A stretch of 64,000 nucleotides of DNA from Patellaria atrata CBS 101060 (Eukaryota): positions 62,001 to 126,000 of the forward strand of contig MU006114.1 in NCBI GenBank assembly GCA_010093705.1, written 5' to 3'. Of the stretch, positions 13,701 through 25,740 are shown piece after piece. The stretch's first letter is position 1. Each line of letters opens with the position of its first letter. Position numbers and translations under genes: made by a program. A model generated the notes under the pieces. It was not told the DNA's origin. It was given only the letters and a program-made list of their open reading frames with translations, and ran no database searches.

Positions 13701-14858
13701 CCTCAGTTTGGGAATGTACTATTGCTTGCAAGAGGAGGGTCCCCCGTTTACGCTGGACCAGGAAGTGGTATGCTCTCTCACTTCCAGTCACGAGGTTATG
13801 AATGTCCTCGTACTACAAACCCCGCGGACTTTGCCTTGGATCTCATTACCGTCGACCTCCAACACGAGAAAAAGGAAGCGATAAGCCGCGAAAAGGTCCG
13901 AAATCTAATTGAAGGCTGGACTCCTGACAAATTCCCCATGACAACAAACGCATCAATCGCGACCCCAGCCCAACTCGGCTCCCTCCAACGCTCCATGACT
14001 TCTTTCAAAACCGCCTTCCCGATCCTAGTCCGTCGCTCGATGATCAACTTCTGGCGGCAGCCCCCTGTCATGATTGCCCGCATCATGCAAGTCGTCGGCA
14101 TCGGCATCGTCGTCTCTGTCTACTTCGCTCCGCTCAAAAACGACTATTACGCCATTCAGAACCGGCTTGGCTTCATCCAGGAACTCGCACCGCTCTATTT
14201 TGTCGGTATGTTGCAGAATGTGGCTGTCTACCCGAGCGAGAAAGACGTGTTTTATCGGGAGCATGACGATCGTGCGTACGGGGTTGAGGCATTCTTTTTG
14301 CAGTATACCGCGATTGAGGTCCCGTTTGAGATCATCTCTTCTCTCATCCTTGCTGTACTGGCTGACATTGCTTGTGGTTTACCCCGAACGGTGAAGATGT
14401 TTTTCATCGTGGCGTATAATTGCTTCTGTGTGATTAGTTGCGGGGAGAGTTTGGGGATCATGTTCAACACATTTTTTACGCATACCGGTTTCGCTGTCAA
14501 CGTCACTTCCATCTTCATCTCCTTTGCTCAAATCATGTCAGGTGTCATGAGCTTAGACATCCCGTCATTCTTACAGGCGTGGAATCATCTCTCTCCGGTG
14601 AAATATTTCATCGTCAACTTAGCGGTCTATTCGCTGAAGGGGGAGAAGTTCCATTGCAACGATGCTCAGAGGTTACCGAATGGAGGTTGTCCGATTGAGA
14701 CGGGCGAGCAGGTGCTGGATCTTTATAACCTGGATAAGGATCCCAAAGTGCACATGATAGCTATCGGGATCTGTGCAGTTGTATATAGGTTCCTTGCATA
14801 TTCGATACTGAAGGCAAAGAAGGGAAGATGGCATTGGCGGTTTTGGAAGAGTAGATAG
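10763..14858 (+). CDS. Full-size ABCG transporter, (NBD-TMD)2, non-PDR type (YOL075C-like)
   Basis: Two canonical Walker A motifs (GSSGSGKT), signatures CSGGEKRR/ISGGEKRR, Walker B FLDEPTTGLD/LLDEPTSGLD, each NBD followed by a multi-TM region. Introns 11456-11511, 11639-11685 and 12651-12713 join the ORF fragments in frame. Confidence 0.95.
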
Positions 14859-15822
14859 TCAGACGGGACAAGGATACTAATGCAAAGAGGGAATAGATTA
14901 AATGGAGCTTCAAATAGACATTGGCCAAGCTGTTGCGGGAATAGACATCAGTTTAAGCTCAAAGATTGACTATGGTACGGTCATATCTGAGGCGTGACAC
15001 GACCTTAATTCTAACTCCCTCAAGCCGTAGGTAGAGATTACTTCATGGAGTTGAACTCATCGTATAGCTACGCATTGTACATGGAATTATTAGCCTAATC
15101 TTATTTCACCGTGACATCAGACTTCTACAGTGAGGAAGGTAAGGTACGCTGCACTAATGTCTGATACGATATCTACCAGAGTTAAAATGAGCCTCATCCA
15201 ACGTCTCGTTCCACAAGAAGCAAGCAATAAATTATAGCTTATTACCCAGTATTACAACGTGATACAGGTCGCGGGTACCTGCATTTGAAGCTTCTCCTGG
15301 TATTATGACAAACGGCTATCTCAACTTATTTCCCCACTCATGTCCCTTTCGCAATTATTCAAGCGGTAAGATAATAAGGTAGAAGTATCACTATTCGAGA
15401 TTAGAACTAGAGTTGTTCTGTGATAAGGTTCCCTTACAGTAACGTGAAAGATATTTGAAGCACTGCAGCAGACCACTCCTACGGTGAAGGTAGAGGCAAG
15501 AATTGAGTCACACACTCTTAGGATAACCTAAAAGTCAGTCCATCCCTAAAGTAATTTGCTCAAGTTCCCATCAGGTGGCGATTATTCACGCGTTTGTCTT
15601 CTAACCGATTCGGGCACGTCGCGCCTTCCAGCTTCTAAGGTATTTCTTGCCTTCGCACTCTTTCCTCTTCTTTCTTCTTTCCTCCACCAACCTCTTACTT
15701 TGCTTTCTCAACATCAAGTTCGAGCCGGTCAATTAACTTTCTCTCGTCATCCGAGTTCCATCTCTTTGAGCCCAGCTCGTCCATTCGTTCTTTCTTCCTT
15801 ATCGCCTCTTCTATTCCCCAAC

Positions 15823-18375
15823 ATGCTTCTTCGCGCAGAGTTTGCTGCTGTCGCTCTTGCGAGCACAGCGCTCGCAATTACCGACTCGTAAGTGCTTCTT
15901 GTCGTCGCCCTGTTTCTTTCTCGTCTGAGATCCGGGTTGCATAATCTGACTGGAGCGCCATTGTCTTCGTCTTGCGTCCCACATTTGTTGAGACGCTCTT
16001 TCATCTCGATTGGCGATGGCAAAGCTCTCTATCTTATGTCTCTATCGTTTAAATTGTCTGCTCGTATATCTGCACCTCATGTTAACTGTGTACATCGATT
16101 TGATCATATCCGGTTGAATTCTTACCTCATACCATTATCGAGCATACACATTCTGGCATGGGTAGAAAGAAGAAACCATTTAGAGCAGTCAGAAAACCGA
16201 CTCCCGCTCCACCAGCACCTGTTCGGGACGAGAGTCCATCACCGATAGATCCCATACATTGGACTCCTATGAAAGATCCTCCTCCATATCGCGACTATAT
16301 TATTCTTCTAATTTGGACCTTGCTGTTGTCGGGTGCCGCCTGGCGTTGCGCATGGTTGTTCATGCTATTAGCGAAGTATGTCACTAATCTTTGCCGTCGC
16401 CAATTTTAGTCTTTCTTCTGTATGTGCTCCTAGCACCATTTATGTTACCGGGGAAACTGTTACCGTGACCGTCGAGGGAATTAAGCCTTCAAGTACATCC
16501 TCTTCCGGCGGTCCTTACTTTTTCGGAGTCATCGACGGTTTTACTACATGGCTCAATGGCCACGCTCCCCCGTCTACGGAAACTGACTTCGTCCTTGGAA
16601 CCACTACCCTCACTGTTACCCCCGGACTCGCATCAGCTACCCCTGCGGCAGAGGTGGCGACTACAATTAGAACCACTGTTCCGAAGACTCTTGTTATTAC
16701 TGTTACCGCAGTAGCTACAAGCAAATCTGCTCAGCCAGTCGAATTGTCCGCAAGCCAGTCAGCACCATCATTTGAATTGCCTACAAGCCAGTCAGAATTC
16801 CCACTCGCAGGCTCAAGCACTGAGAAGGTAACTACAATTCATCAAACGGTGACGACTGTAGTGCTCCTCACTATCTCATCAACTTTACCTGCCGTGTCTC
16901 CTTCAAGCGTTGAGTCCGGACCGGAGCAAGGGAGTTCAGCTCTGAGTGCTGGGACATCTGTCGAACAGTCAACCTCTTCTATTCTAGGCGAACCTACTCA
17001 AGAAATTACTACTGCTGCCGTTATTGATGGGACCATAACCGAGACATCGACATTCTTCGGGACGGTCACCCTTCCTTCGAAAGCAGCCTCTTCGCTGTCT
17101 GTAGTCACATCCTCCAGTGTTTGGACCGGTACAACAACGGTACACCCGACAACTCTATCTGAATCGATTATGACGCATAGTTCTTTCTCATGGACTAAAT
17201 CAACCCAGTCAGGATGCAATTCTTCCAGTGTTAATGCAACCGGTACTTCCAGCTTGTACCCTACCACTGCGTCTGGAGTTTTCTACACGCCGTTGTCTTC
17301 TCGGTCAGCGCTGAATACAACTACTGGAGATGCTGTCGGTTCCACTCACCTGCCACCCTCTCCAAGCTCGTCATATATGTTCACCGTCCCAGCCAACACT
17401 ACAGCGATTGCTTCCTCGTCGACTACATATTCTTTCCTTTCTAGCCCGACATGGTCCTCACTCACACCGAGTAACACAACTTCAAGCGAACTTGTCTCTA
17501 CAGGAAGCTCCTCATTTGGAAGTAGTTCAGCCTTGACAACACAGGTCCCGCAACCAACCGTCACTTCCGTAAATGGAACAATGGCAACCGATGCTACAGC
17601 TGTCGCCGCTACCCCTAGTTCGTTTCACGCCTCAAGCTTGACTTCTACTCAAACCCAGACGACATTTTCGACACTAGTCAGCAGTTCCACAATGACCTCA
17701 GCAAGTACACAAACCTCTGTTGAAAGTGCTACACCTGCTACTCCTAGCAGTTGCGGAGAGTCTGGAAATTTCACCCTCAACTGGGACGACGAGCCAGTAT
17801 GGACCCCGAGTGATCCCGGCAGTGTCTTGATTCCACCAGTGTTCAGCCCTTACCATCATCTATTCTTTTCCCATGGCTATGGATATGTTCCCCCTCCGGA
17901 GGATCCTTTCTTCGCAGTTTCAGAGCCTCGCATGCTCGTTTTCACGGGAACTAAGTCCAATGGCACCACCGACGGTCCAGACCATGCAGGAATCATCCCA
18001 GGAGAGATTGGTGCAGGTCCTCGCAATGAACTTGACGCATTCTGGTTCGATGCATACAGTATCTGGATGGGATGTGAAAACGCAGGCCCGGCATCGTGTA
18101 CAGTGAGGCTCACCGGTTACGTATGGGATTCGTCAATGGGACAGGAGAAAATGGTCACGGAGCAGATGGCAACGATTCCACCATGCATTGGATTGAGGGA
18201 TTGCCACCTTTCGAAGATCAACCTGAACGATAATTTCCGTGCTCTCACCGGCGTAAAATTCGAGGCGGCCGTTCTCGGTGCCCCTGTCACATTCTATGCA
18301 GATGATTTCGCTGCGGCTTGGTGGAACAACGGTTGCGCTGCTGGATTGGAGCGTCAACGATCCAGGAAGTTGTGA
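15823..18375 (+). CDS. Secreted Ser/Thr-rich (mucin-like) protein with a Cys-containing C-terminal domain (DUF7371-like)
   Basis: Exon 1 15823-15887 encodes signal peptide MLLRAEFAAVALASTALAITD. A 522-nt phase-2 intron 15888-16409 (GTAAGT..CACTAAT..TAG) follows, then ~450 aa of S/T-rich sequence and a conserved-looking domain CGESGNFTLNWDDEP..PPVFSPYHHLFFSHGYGYVPPPEDPF..WFDAYSIWMGCEN..WWNNGCAAGLERQRSR. Domain name recalled, not searched. Confidence 0.8.
16158..16409 (+). CDS. Nested 83-aa ORF in intron 1 (basic/Pro-rich N-terminus + one TM helix); possible alternative first exon
   Basis: GGCATGG start context; MGRKKKPFRAVRKPTPAPPAP...YIILLIWTLLLSGAAWRCAWLFMLLAK. Its stop TAG is the intron acceptor, and a GTATGT donor lies at 16376. 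Confidence 0.4.
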   Translation: MGRKKKPFRAVRKPTPAPPAPVRDESPSPIDPIHWTPMKDPPPYRDYIILLIWTLLLSGAAWRCAWLFMLLAKYVTNLCRRQF

Positions 18376-19544
18376 AGCGTGGTCTAGGTGATATGTATGG
18401 AGATTGATCCGTCAAGTAAGGTAATTCGTAGCATGGATGATACCCATGATGGGGATTTGTGTATCACAGAGGCGATGAAAAACGAAATGCGGTGCTCTTT
18501 TCTGTACGACTACAATGAAACGAAGATCTTCACAGAAGCCATAAAGGATCATTGCTAGGTAGCTCAGGAGAGATTCTCAAAATGAAAAGATGACTTGATT
18601 AAAGATTGACTCAGTGCCTCGTAATATCGCTTCAACCCCTCCCATTCTCTCCTCCCACAATCCGCTGTACTCCATGAAGACGTTGAAAAGGCCGAATATT
18701 CTAAGATGTAAGATTTTCTGATACGTACCTTATTCCAGTAGTTGGCTACTGATCAATATGCTGATGGGATTGATGTTAATTATCCTTGAAGAGATGAAAG
18801 TCCCGACACTTGTTGTCTTGACCCGACCCCAATCCCCCGTATTTCTCAAGGGGACGACACGTGATCTGGGAAGCGGGAACGCGGTGTTTGCGGCTATCGC
18901 GTGCTAAGCATTTAATCAGTTAGGACGCGTTTATACCGTCTGATCGAAAACTGAATATATCGTGAAGAGTCGGGTGGTTTTTAGCGGGGAAAAAGGAATA
19001 ACTTTTTCTCCTCTACTGATTCTGTTGATTTTTCTGGGGTTTCTGTTTAGATTCAACCCTTTTTCCTTTCCTTTGATGGATGGGAATTGTGGGTTTGTTA
19101 TATGTCAAGTCTGGGGTTCGTTGGAGATTCGCTTAAGCCGAGTTCAGAAGTCGAACTAAAATTAGTGGCCATGGGCGCTACAAGAAGAATGGCTTAAGTT
19201 CAAACTCCATCTCTCACAGTGCTAGAACTTGAACCACAACCGGCCTCACCTCATCCATCCATCACTCTTTATAGTACGAGTACTTTTGTACAGTACAGTA
19301 CCCTCATTCACCTGCGCCCTCAATCTTGTGCCTGTTGCCTGACTCTGCACGTGGCACTGTTTCGAATATTTAAAAACTTCCACCAACCCGTTTTCCACTT
19401 TCTCTCACACTTTCCTCCGTGCAACCTGAAAAGCCCCACCGCCCGAGAGCCCCACGAAAGCACCTCCGACTCGAGAATACCTTACACAACCCCCCCTCCC
19501 CACCGCCAACAAGTTCTGAAAGTGCTTCACTCAGCTTCGACACC

Positions 19545-21526
19545 ATGAGCAACTTTGCTCAACCCTTCCCTTCCGACAATGGAAGCAATGGCAGCCGACT
19601 GCGTCAGAGGCAATCTGGCGACTTCAGAAACGCGGCTGCTAATGGCGTTATCGCCGGCGCAAACGGCAACGGCCCGCTGCCTGTACCCACGAATTCACAA
19701 CTTCGTATGGGAAATGGCAATAACGCTGGACGAAGCACGAATTCTGGTTTCGAAGGTGCCCGAAGCCCACCCAATAACAAGAGTAGGTTTTCTCATCGTC
19801 TCATCGTCTCATCGTCTCATCATCTTGTCACACGACCTCATGGAATGTCTCAGAAGCTGACCAACTCTGCCCTTTACAGACACCTCCCACGTCCCGTGCA
19901 AGTTTTTTAGACAAGGAGCATGTCAAGCAGGGAAAGCTTGTCCCTTCTCACATTCGACCGAGCCTGCGAGTGAGGTCGCCCCGTGCAAGTACTTTCAGAA
20001 AGTAAGATAAATCTATGAATATTGCACTTGCGGTAATGAGGGATAATTAGCTGACTGAACCCAAGGGCAATTGCAAATTCGGCGCGAAATGTGCTCTTGC
20101 GCACATCCTCCCCGACGGCCGCAGGGTCAACAGGCCCGGCTTTGGATACGGCGGCGGTCATCTCAACCTAGGGGGTCGCGTACACCCTCCTCACCATCCA
20201 GACGCTACACGAAACAACTCTCTCCTTACCATGCAAGCTCAGATGGCACCTGTCCCACTTGCTCCATATTCCGTGCCGATGCAAGACGAGTTCTTTGGTG
20301 CTCAAGGCCAACCTAGGACCAGCTATGACATGATTCCCACGATTGATACCACCTTCTCTTCGCATCCAGGTTCTAACTATGGTTCTCCACCAAATGATAG
20401 TCGTATTCCTCTGTCTCCTGTTCAGAAGGGACTTAGTGTCATGGATGCTCCTCTTCCCGCATCATTCGATAGTCAGGGCATATCTAACTACGCCAGATAC
20501 GGTGCCATCGCGGCTTCTGTACCAACTCGTTTTGGACTTGAACCATCGCCACCCTCGTCTTACCAAAACAAACCCATCGGTGATTCATCAACTCTTCGCA
20601 ACTTGCACAACTCGGCTTTCGGAGATGATTCGCGTAATGGAAAAGACCTTGGATCATCACCTCCTACGGCTAATGAAGAATATGTGGGTAGACGGATCAT
20701 GCATTCGGAGAGATTCTCATCTAGGCCAAAGATGATGTCCGCCAGTCTTGGAGCTCGTGGGGACGATTGGGACGGGAACTTTGCTTTTGAGGAGGACTTG
20801 GTTCCAACCGCGCTTCAAGATCTTCTAACACCACAAGAGAAGCTTCGACGTTTCTCCCGTACAGGCGATGAATTTTCCGGCCACGGTACACCGGGTGATT
20901 CGAGTCCCAAAGTTGGTTCACCATTAACAGCGTCTCCCTCTCGATTTGGCGCTTTGTTTTCTCGAACTCGTGCGAATGAGGGTAGCGAAGCGGGATCAGT
21001 ACCCGGCACCTCCATATTCGGTCATGTTGGATCGCCTCTTCGAAATTCGTCTCTTCATCCAGGTGCAAGCCCTTCTTTGAGAGCTGTGTCAAGACCTACC
21101 TCTGGAGACGTCAGTCCATTCGTGTCCAGTCCTCCACGTCAATCTCAAGGCAATCTGAGTATGTTGGCACGCGACCTTCAAAAATCACGTCTCAATGATT
21201 CGGGAACATCGCTTCATCCCGGAATGTCGAGGGTAGCTTCTGGATCTAGCGTTGGCTCTTCAATGAGTGGTGTAGGACGTGCAGTCTCCTCCAGCAGCTT
21301 TAACCGCGAACGTATTGAAGAGGAACAAGGTCTATTTTCTATGGAGGAAGAAGAGGACGAAACGGAACTAAATGCAACAAAGAAAACTCTGGCTCCAAAA
21401 CGCTACAGCGGAGGATGGTTTGGTCTAGGTAAGAGTTCGCCTAGCCTTGGACCTATTGGTGGCCAGAGAACTGCAAGCAGTAACAAGGACGTCTCTCCAA
21501 ACCCATGGACCAAAGGTGCACCGTAA
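19545..21526 (+). CDS. cps3: Tandem CCCH zinc-finger protein (Cps3/Scp3/Lee1 family)
   Basis: Introns 19783-19879 and 20002-20065 give NTSHVPCKFFRQGACQAGKACPFSH..PCKYFQK|GNCKFGAKCALAH. Ser/Pro-rich tail with EEDLVPTALQDLLTPQEKLRRFSR. Confidence 0.88.
19791..19822. repeat. Intronic 8-bp tandem repeat (TCTCATCG)x~4
   Basis: TCTCATCG TCTCATCG TCTCATCG TCTCATCA inside intron 19783-19879. Confidence 0.85.
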
Positions 21527-22327
21527 ATAGCCTTCTGATGCACTCGTCTACATGAATTTGCCTTTATATACGGCAGAAACAAATCTACGATATCATGACT
21601 AAACGACCATAAATAAAAGTCATTAAGCATGGCGTTCCGGAACTCTCGAGGTGAATGGACCGAGACAGAAAATATGTTATCCTATAATGGGCGTGCAAAT
21701 GGTTCTATATCATGCAGAGGGCAACAGCTCCAATTGCTGTGTGCTTCTCGGAGTAGCGTGCATATGGGTGTTCTCCTTTTCAGCATTTCTGCGTGCAAAT
21801 GAGTTTCATGGCGTCACCCCTTTCACTTCTCCTCTCCTTTTCCTCGACGTGCGCATAAAGGAATCTATACATCTTATATAAATCAGGATTCTGATATCAA
21901 CTCTTACTAGGTACAGGTGGCTCCATTGATGTCTTCTTGGCACATTGGTGGGTTGTACTGTGTTTTCTTCCTCTGGGCTTTGCGGTTCTGTGGATATTGG
22001 GTTTGCTTTGCGTGGGATTTCTTCTATGGGTTGTAATTTACGGAGGGATCGGTGGTATGCTTGAATGGGTTCATACCTAGATAATACTTGCGATACATGG
22101 CATTAGATCTTCGACTCTCGAATGCAATAATAGTATTCTCCCCTTAGACTCTTAGCTCTATCTTGCCTGAGGTGGTGATTCTCTGATTCTGTGATTCAGA
22201 GACAACTAGCGCACGAGCCACATTTGATCAAGCCACCCCCACAGCTTTGAACTCCCCGCCTCAACGCCATCTCTTCGAGCTTCAAGAGTGAGGCAGCAAA
22301 AATCAGTAAACAAACATACAAACCGAC

Positions 22328-24346
22328 ATGTCAATCACAAACGGTACGTTTTCGGGGAAGGCCCACACATATTTGTAAGACTGACTTCTTCATAGAATCA
22401 ATATGGGCCGCAGCACCCACCACAATACGCGGGCAACCTACACCACTGTCTACAGATCCGAAGGGTGAGCGCATTGCATATGCTGTATGCTTGGAGTTGC
22501 CCCTTTACTACGCACGTTTGGAGACATCCCGAGACTAAATCCTTTTGTAGTCGAACAAGTCCATATTCCTCCGCTCTATCGATCACCCTGAAGTCAGCAA
22601 GCAATATATCCAACATACGACGCAGACGACCGTCGCTCGGTTCTCACCTTCGGGCTTCTACGTAGCTAGTGGTGACGTTTCAGGGACGGTGAAGGTATGG
22701 GATGCTGTTGGGGCGGCGAATACAAAGGGTATACACTTCCAATCGAGATTACCTTTCTTCCTTGCTCATTGCTGATTGTAACCCCCTTGTCAGGTGATTA
22801 TCATATCATAGCGGGCCGGATCAACGACATTGCTTGGGACGGCGACTCCCAGCGCATAATAGCCGTAGGAGATGGGAAGGAAAGATTTGGTCATTGTATC
22901 ACAGCAGATAGCGGAAATTCCGTGGGGGAGATCAGTGGGCACTCTTCTCAAATCAATGCTGTGTCGATAAGGCAGCAGCGGCCTCTACGAGCTTCTACTG
23001 TTTCGGATGATACGAGCCTAGTATTCTTACATGGCGCCCCGTTTAAGTTTAACACGAGTATGAGAGGTCAACATGACAGATTTATCTTCGGCACTCAATT
23101 TAGTCCGGATGGTGCGAGTTTGGTGACGGTTGGCGCGGATAGGAGAATCTGGCTATATGACGGTAAGACAGGAGAACCGAAAGTTCAGATAGGAGAAGGA
23201 GAGCACACGGGTAGTATCTTTGGAGTTAGCTGGGCAAAAGATTCTAAACGTTTCGTCACCGCCAGCGCCGACCAGACCGTCAAAATCTGGGACGCCGAAG
23301 CTGGTAAAGCGATTCAGTCGTGGAGGATGGGCGAAGAAGGCGTCGTCAGCATCCCGGACCAACAAGTCGGCGTCGTATGGCCCGCTCGTAGCGACGGACT
23401 CATTATCTCCGTCGACCTAGAAGGAAACCTCAACTACCTCGTCGAGGGCCAGCCCAAGCCCAAACTTGTTGTCCGCGGTCATCAGAAGAATGTCACTGCC
23501 GTAGGTATCGCGAACCAGACACTATTCACCGGCAGCTACGACGGCCGCGTCCTCGGGTGGGATTTATCCCGCGGCTCAGCGGAGAAGGTAGACGGTGAAA
23601 GCCACACCAACTACGTCGCCGGCTTCACCGCACCCGCCCCGAACAAAGATAACATAATCTTCTCCGTCGGCTGGGATGACACACTCCGCTCAATCTCCCC
23701 CTCCGCCACGACCTTCACCGCCGCCGCCGCCGCCCTAGACGCCCAACCCAAAGGCGTCGCCATCGCCTCCATAGGTTCGGACACCGTCGTCATAGTAGCG
23801 TCCGGAAACACCATCACGCTCTTCTTCGACGGCGAAAAAACAGGGTCTCTCTCCACCTCGTTCACTACCACCGCTATCGCGGCAACCGGCTCCATAGTCG
23901 CGCTCGGCGCCGACGACAAACTAGTCCACCTGTTCACCCTCTCCTCCCGTTCCTCTCTCACCCCCCACCCGACGCCCTCCCTCCGCCGCGCCACGGCCCC
24001 CATCTCCGCCCTCGCCTTCTCCCCCCGCGGCACGTATCTCGCGGCCGGCGCGGCGAACGGGAAGATCTACTGCTTCGAAGCCGCGGGTTGGAGCCTCGTC
24101 ACGGACCGTTGGTCGGCGCATACGGCGCGCGTTACGGCGTTGGACTGGAGGGAGGACGAGAGAGCGCTGGTGTCCGGGAGTCTGGATACGGGCGTTATGG
24201 CGTGGAGTTTGGCTGAGCCGGGGAGGAGGTGGAAGGCGGGAAATGCGCATAAGGATGGGGTCACGGGGGTTGCTTGGGTGGGTGGGGGCGTGGTGAGTTC
24301 GGGGGGGGATGCGTGCGTTAAGGGGTGGGTTGTTATGGGGCTGTGA
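22328..24346 (+). CDS. AIP1: Actin-interacting protein 1 (WD40 repeats, WDR1)
   Basis: Exons 22328-22343, 22396-22484, 22551-22728, 22794-24346: MSITNESIWAAAPTTIRGQPTPLSTDPKGERIAYA|SNKSIFLRSID..TTVARFSPSGFYVASGDVSGTVKVWD..INDIAWDGDSQRIIAVGDGKERFG..GAPFKFN, followed by further WD repeats. Confidence 0.95.
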
Positions 24347-24420
24347 GGGTGTGTGGGGATCTGGGTAGATGGGGGAATATGGGAATGGGGTATAGGGGGT
24401 GATTTGGGGGAAAAGTGGGA
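24257..24420 (+). other. Dense G-tract region across the AIP1 stop and 3' UTR (G-quadruplex-capable)
   Basis: GGGGtcacGGGGGttgcttGGGtGGGtGGGGGcgtggtgagttcGGGGGGGG and more G3+ runs through 24420. Confidence 0.6.
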
Positions 24421-24920
24421 TATGCAGGGTTATAGTCCCTTTAGATACTTACCCTCAAACAGGAAGTAGGAAAATATTGCAAATTTGGTTCAAGCTGTGT
24501 TTCCATCGTTGCGTTAAGAGCTTGAATGATAGAACGACAGTCAAAGCACTAATAGCGAGTAGTGATATAGTAAATTGTTTTAAGTAGGCGAAAGTGGAAA
24601 AGCCCCTACAGCAAGCCTTTGTTTCTTTAAGCTGAGAGATATCGGTGTACTTTTTTCCTCCATTCTCTGGGAAGGGGAAGGTCTGGGGGATGGAATTTGG
24701 GTATATTCGGTAGAGTTTTGGACAGGGTTTGACCTTGTTGAGAATACGGTGGGAGAGGAGAGAGATGGATGGGATTCTTTTTTGGGTGGAATTTGTTTTG
24801 GGTGGGAGTGAAATGAGGAAATTGACTGAAGGGGAGAGAGAAAAAGAACGAAAGAAAAATTGTGGCCTTGAATTGTTGATATGAAAATCTCTCGAAAAGG
24901 GGATAAGTTCTGAATACGGT

Positions 24921-25086
24921 CGCGGGTTTTGTGACCGTACCTGAGAACCTAACTTCATACGTATAAAACGGAACTAAACATTCCTGTAATTCATTTTTCA
25001 AAACCTCCTCAATACCTTAACGAATAGTAGATCGGAGACGCCCCGAGCCGGCCCAAAAAGCGACCCGAGCGTGCACGGAGGGCAGA
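24921..25086 (+). repeat. Left TIR (CGCGGGTTTTGTGACCGTAC...GTGCACGGAGGGCAGA)
   Basis: Block-by-block manual alignment to the reverse complement of 25575-25740. Confidence 0.95.
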
Positions 25087-25574
25087 CCTAGGGCGGGTAT
25101 GACATTATCATCGATTCGATCCCAAGCGGCATGTGGGCCCTCTGCCTCCCGTCTTGTTTCCCGGGTGCAACTGCAAGCGCTTTCTCCCAACCACGGCCGG
25201 GTTCGATACTGGTCCCTACGGAAGGAAGAAGTCGGTAATCCGTCCGATGGACGCATTCACACCGGTGCTAAGGTCTTCGAGCTGAAGTGATTGGCACCAC
25301 GCAGCGGCTTCTACTACGTTAAGATCATCTCGAAGCGTCCAATTGCGGCGAGGAGGATGGAGAGAGCTGAGTCTACCTTACCCCTCACGGGCGGTTGGTT
25401 CGAGCACGGCGGATGGTAGGAAGGATGATTTTTTTCAAGGGTGCGCGAAGCGGTATTTCTTAGCCTCTTGCATTGGGCTTCGAAAGAGACGAAGATAGCC
25501 GGGATGCATGCATGGTGCTGTATGTTGAAAGATAATGTTCGCTGCATGCGCGCGGATACCTCATGGGGATGACT

Positions 25575-25740
25575 TCTGCCCTCCGTGCACGCTCGGGTCG
25601 CTTTTTGGGCCGGCTCGGGGCGTCTCCGGTCTACTATTCGTTAAGGTATTGAGGAGGTTTTGAAAAATGGATCACGGGAATGTTTGGTTCCATTTTATAC
25701 GTATGAAGTTAGGTTCTCACGTACGGTCACAAAACCCGCG
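25575..25740 (-). repeat. Right TIR
   Basis: Reverse complement of 24921-25086, 159/166 identical. Confidence 0.95.

Larger units (their letters stand above)
24921..25740. mobile_element. Non-autonomous TIR (MITE/foldback-like) element, 820 bp, 166-bp terminal inverted repeats
   Basis: 24921-25086 is the reverse complement of 25575-25740 with 7 mismatches and no indels (6 transitions). The 488-bp interior has no recognisable transposase. Confidence 0.85.

Noticed and set aside
13244..14518. Long antisense ORFs over the ABC gene (likewise over AIP1, KAR9 and alcohol oxidase)
   Set aside because: Shadows of sense-strand codon bias with no independent features.
25190..25216. GGTTCGATAC B-box/T-loop-like motif inside the TIR element (tRNA or SINE)
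   Set aside because: The T-stem does not pair fully, and no acceptor stem, D-arm or A-box could be built.
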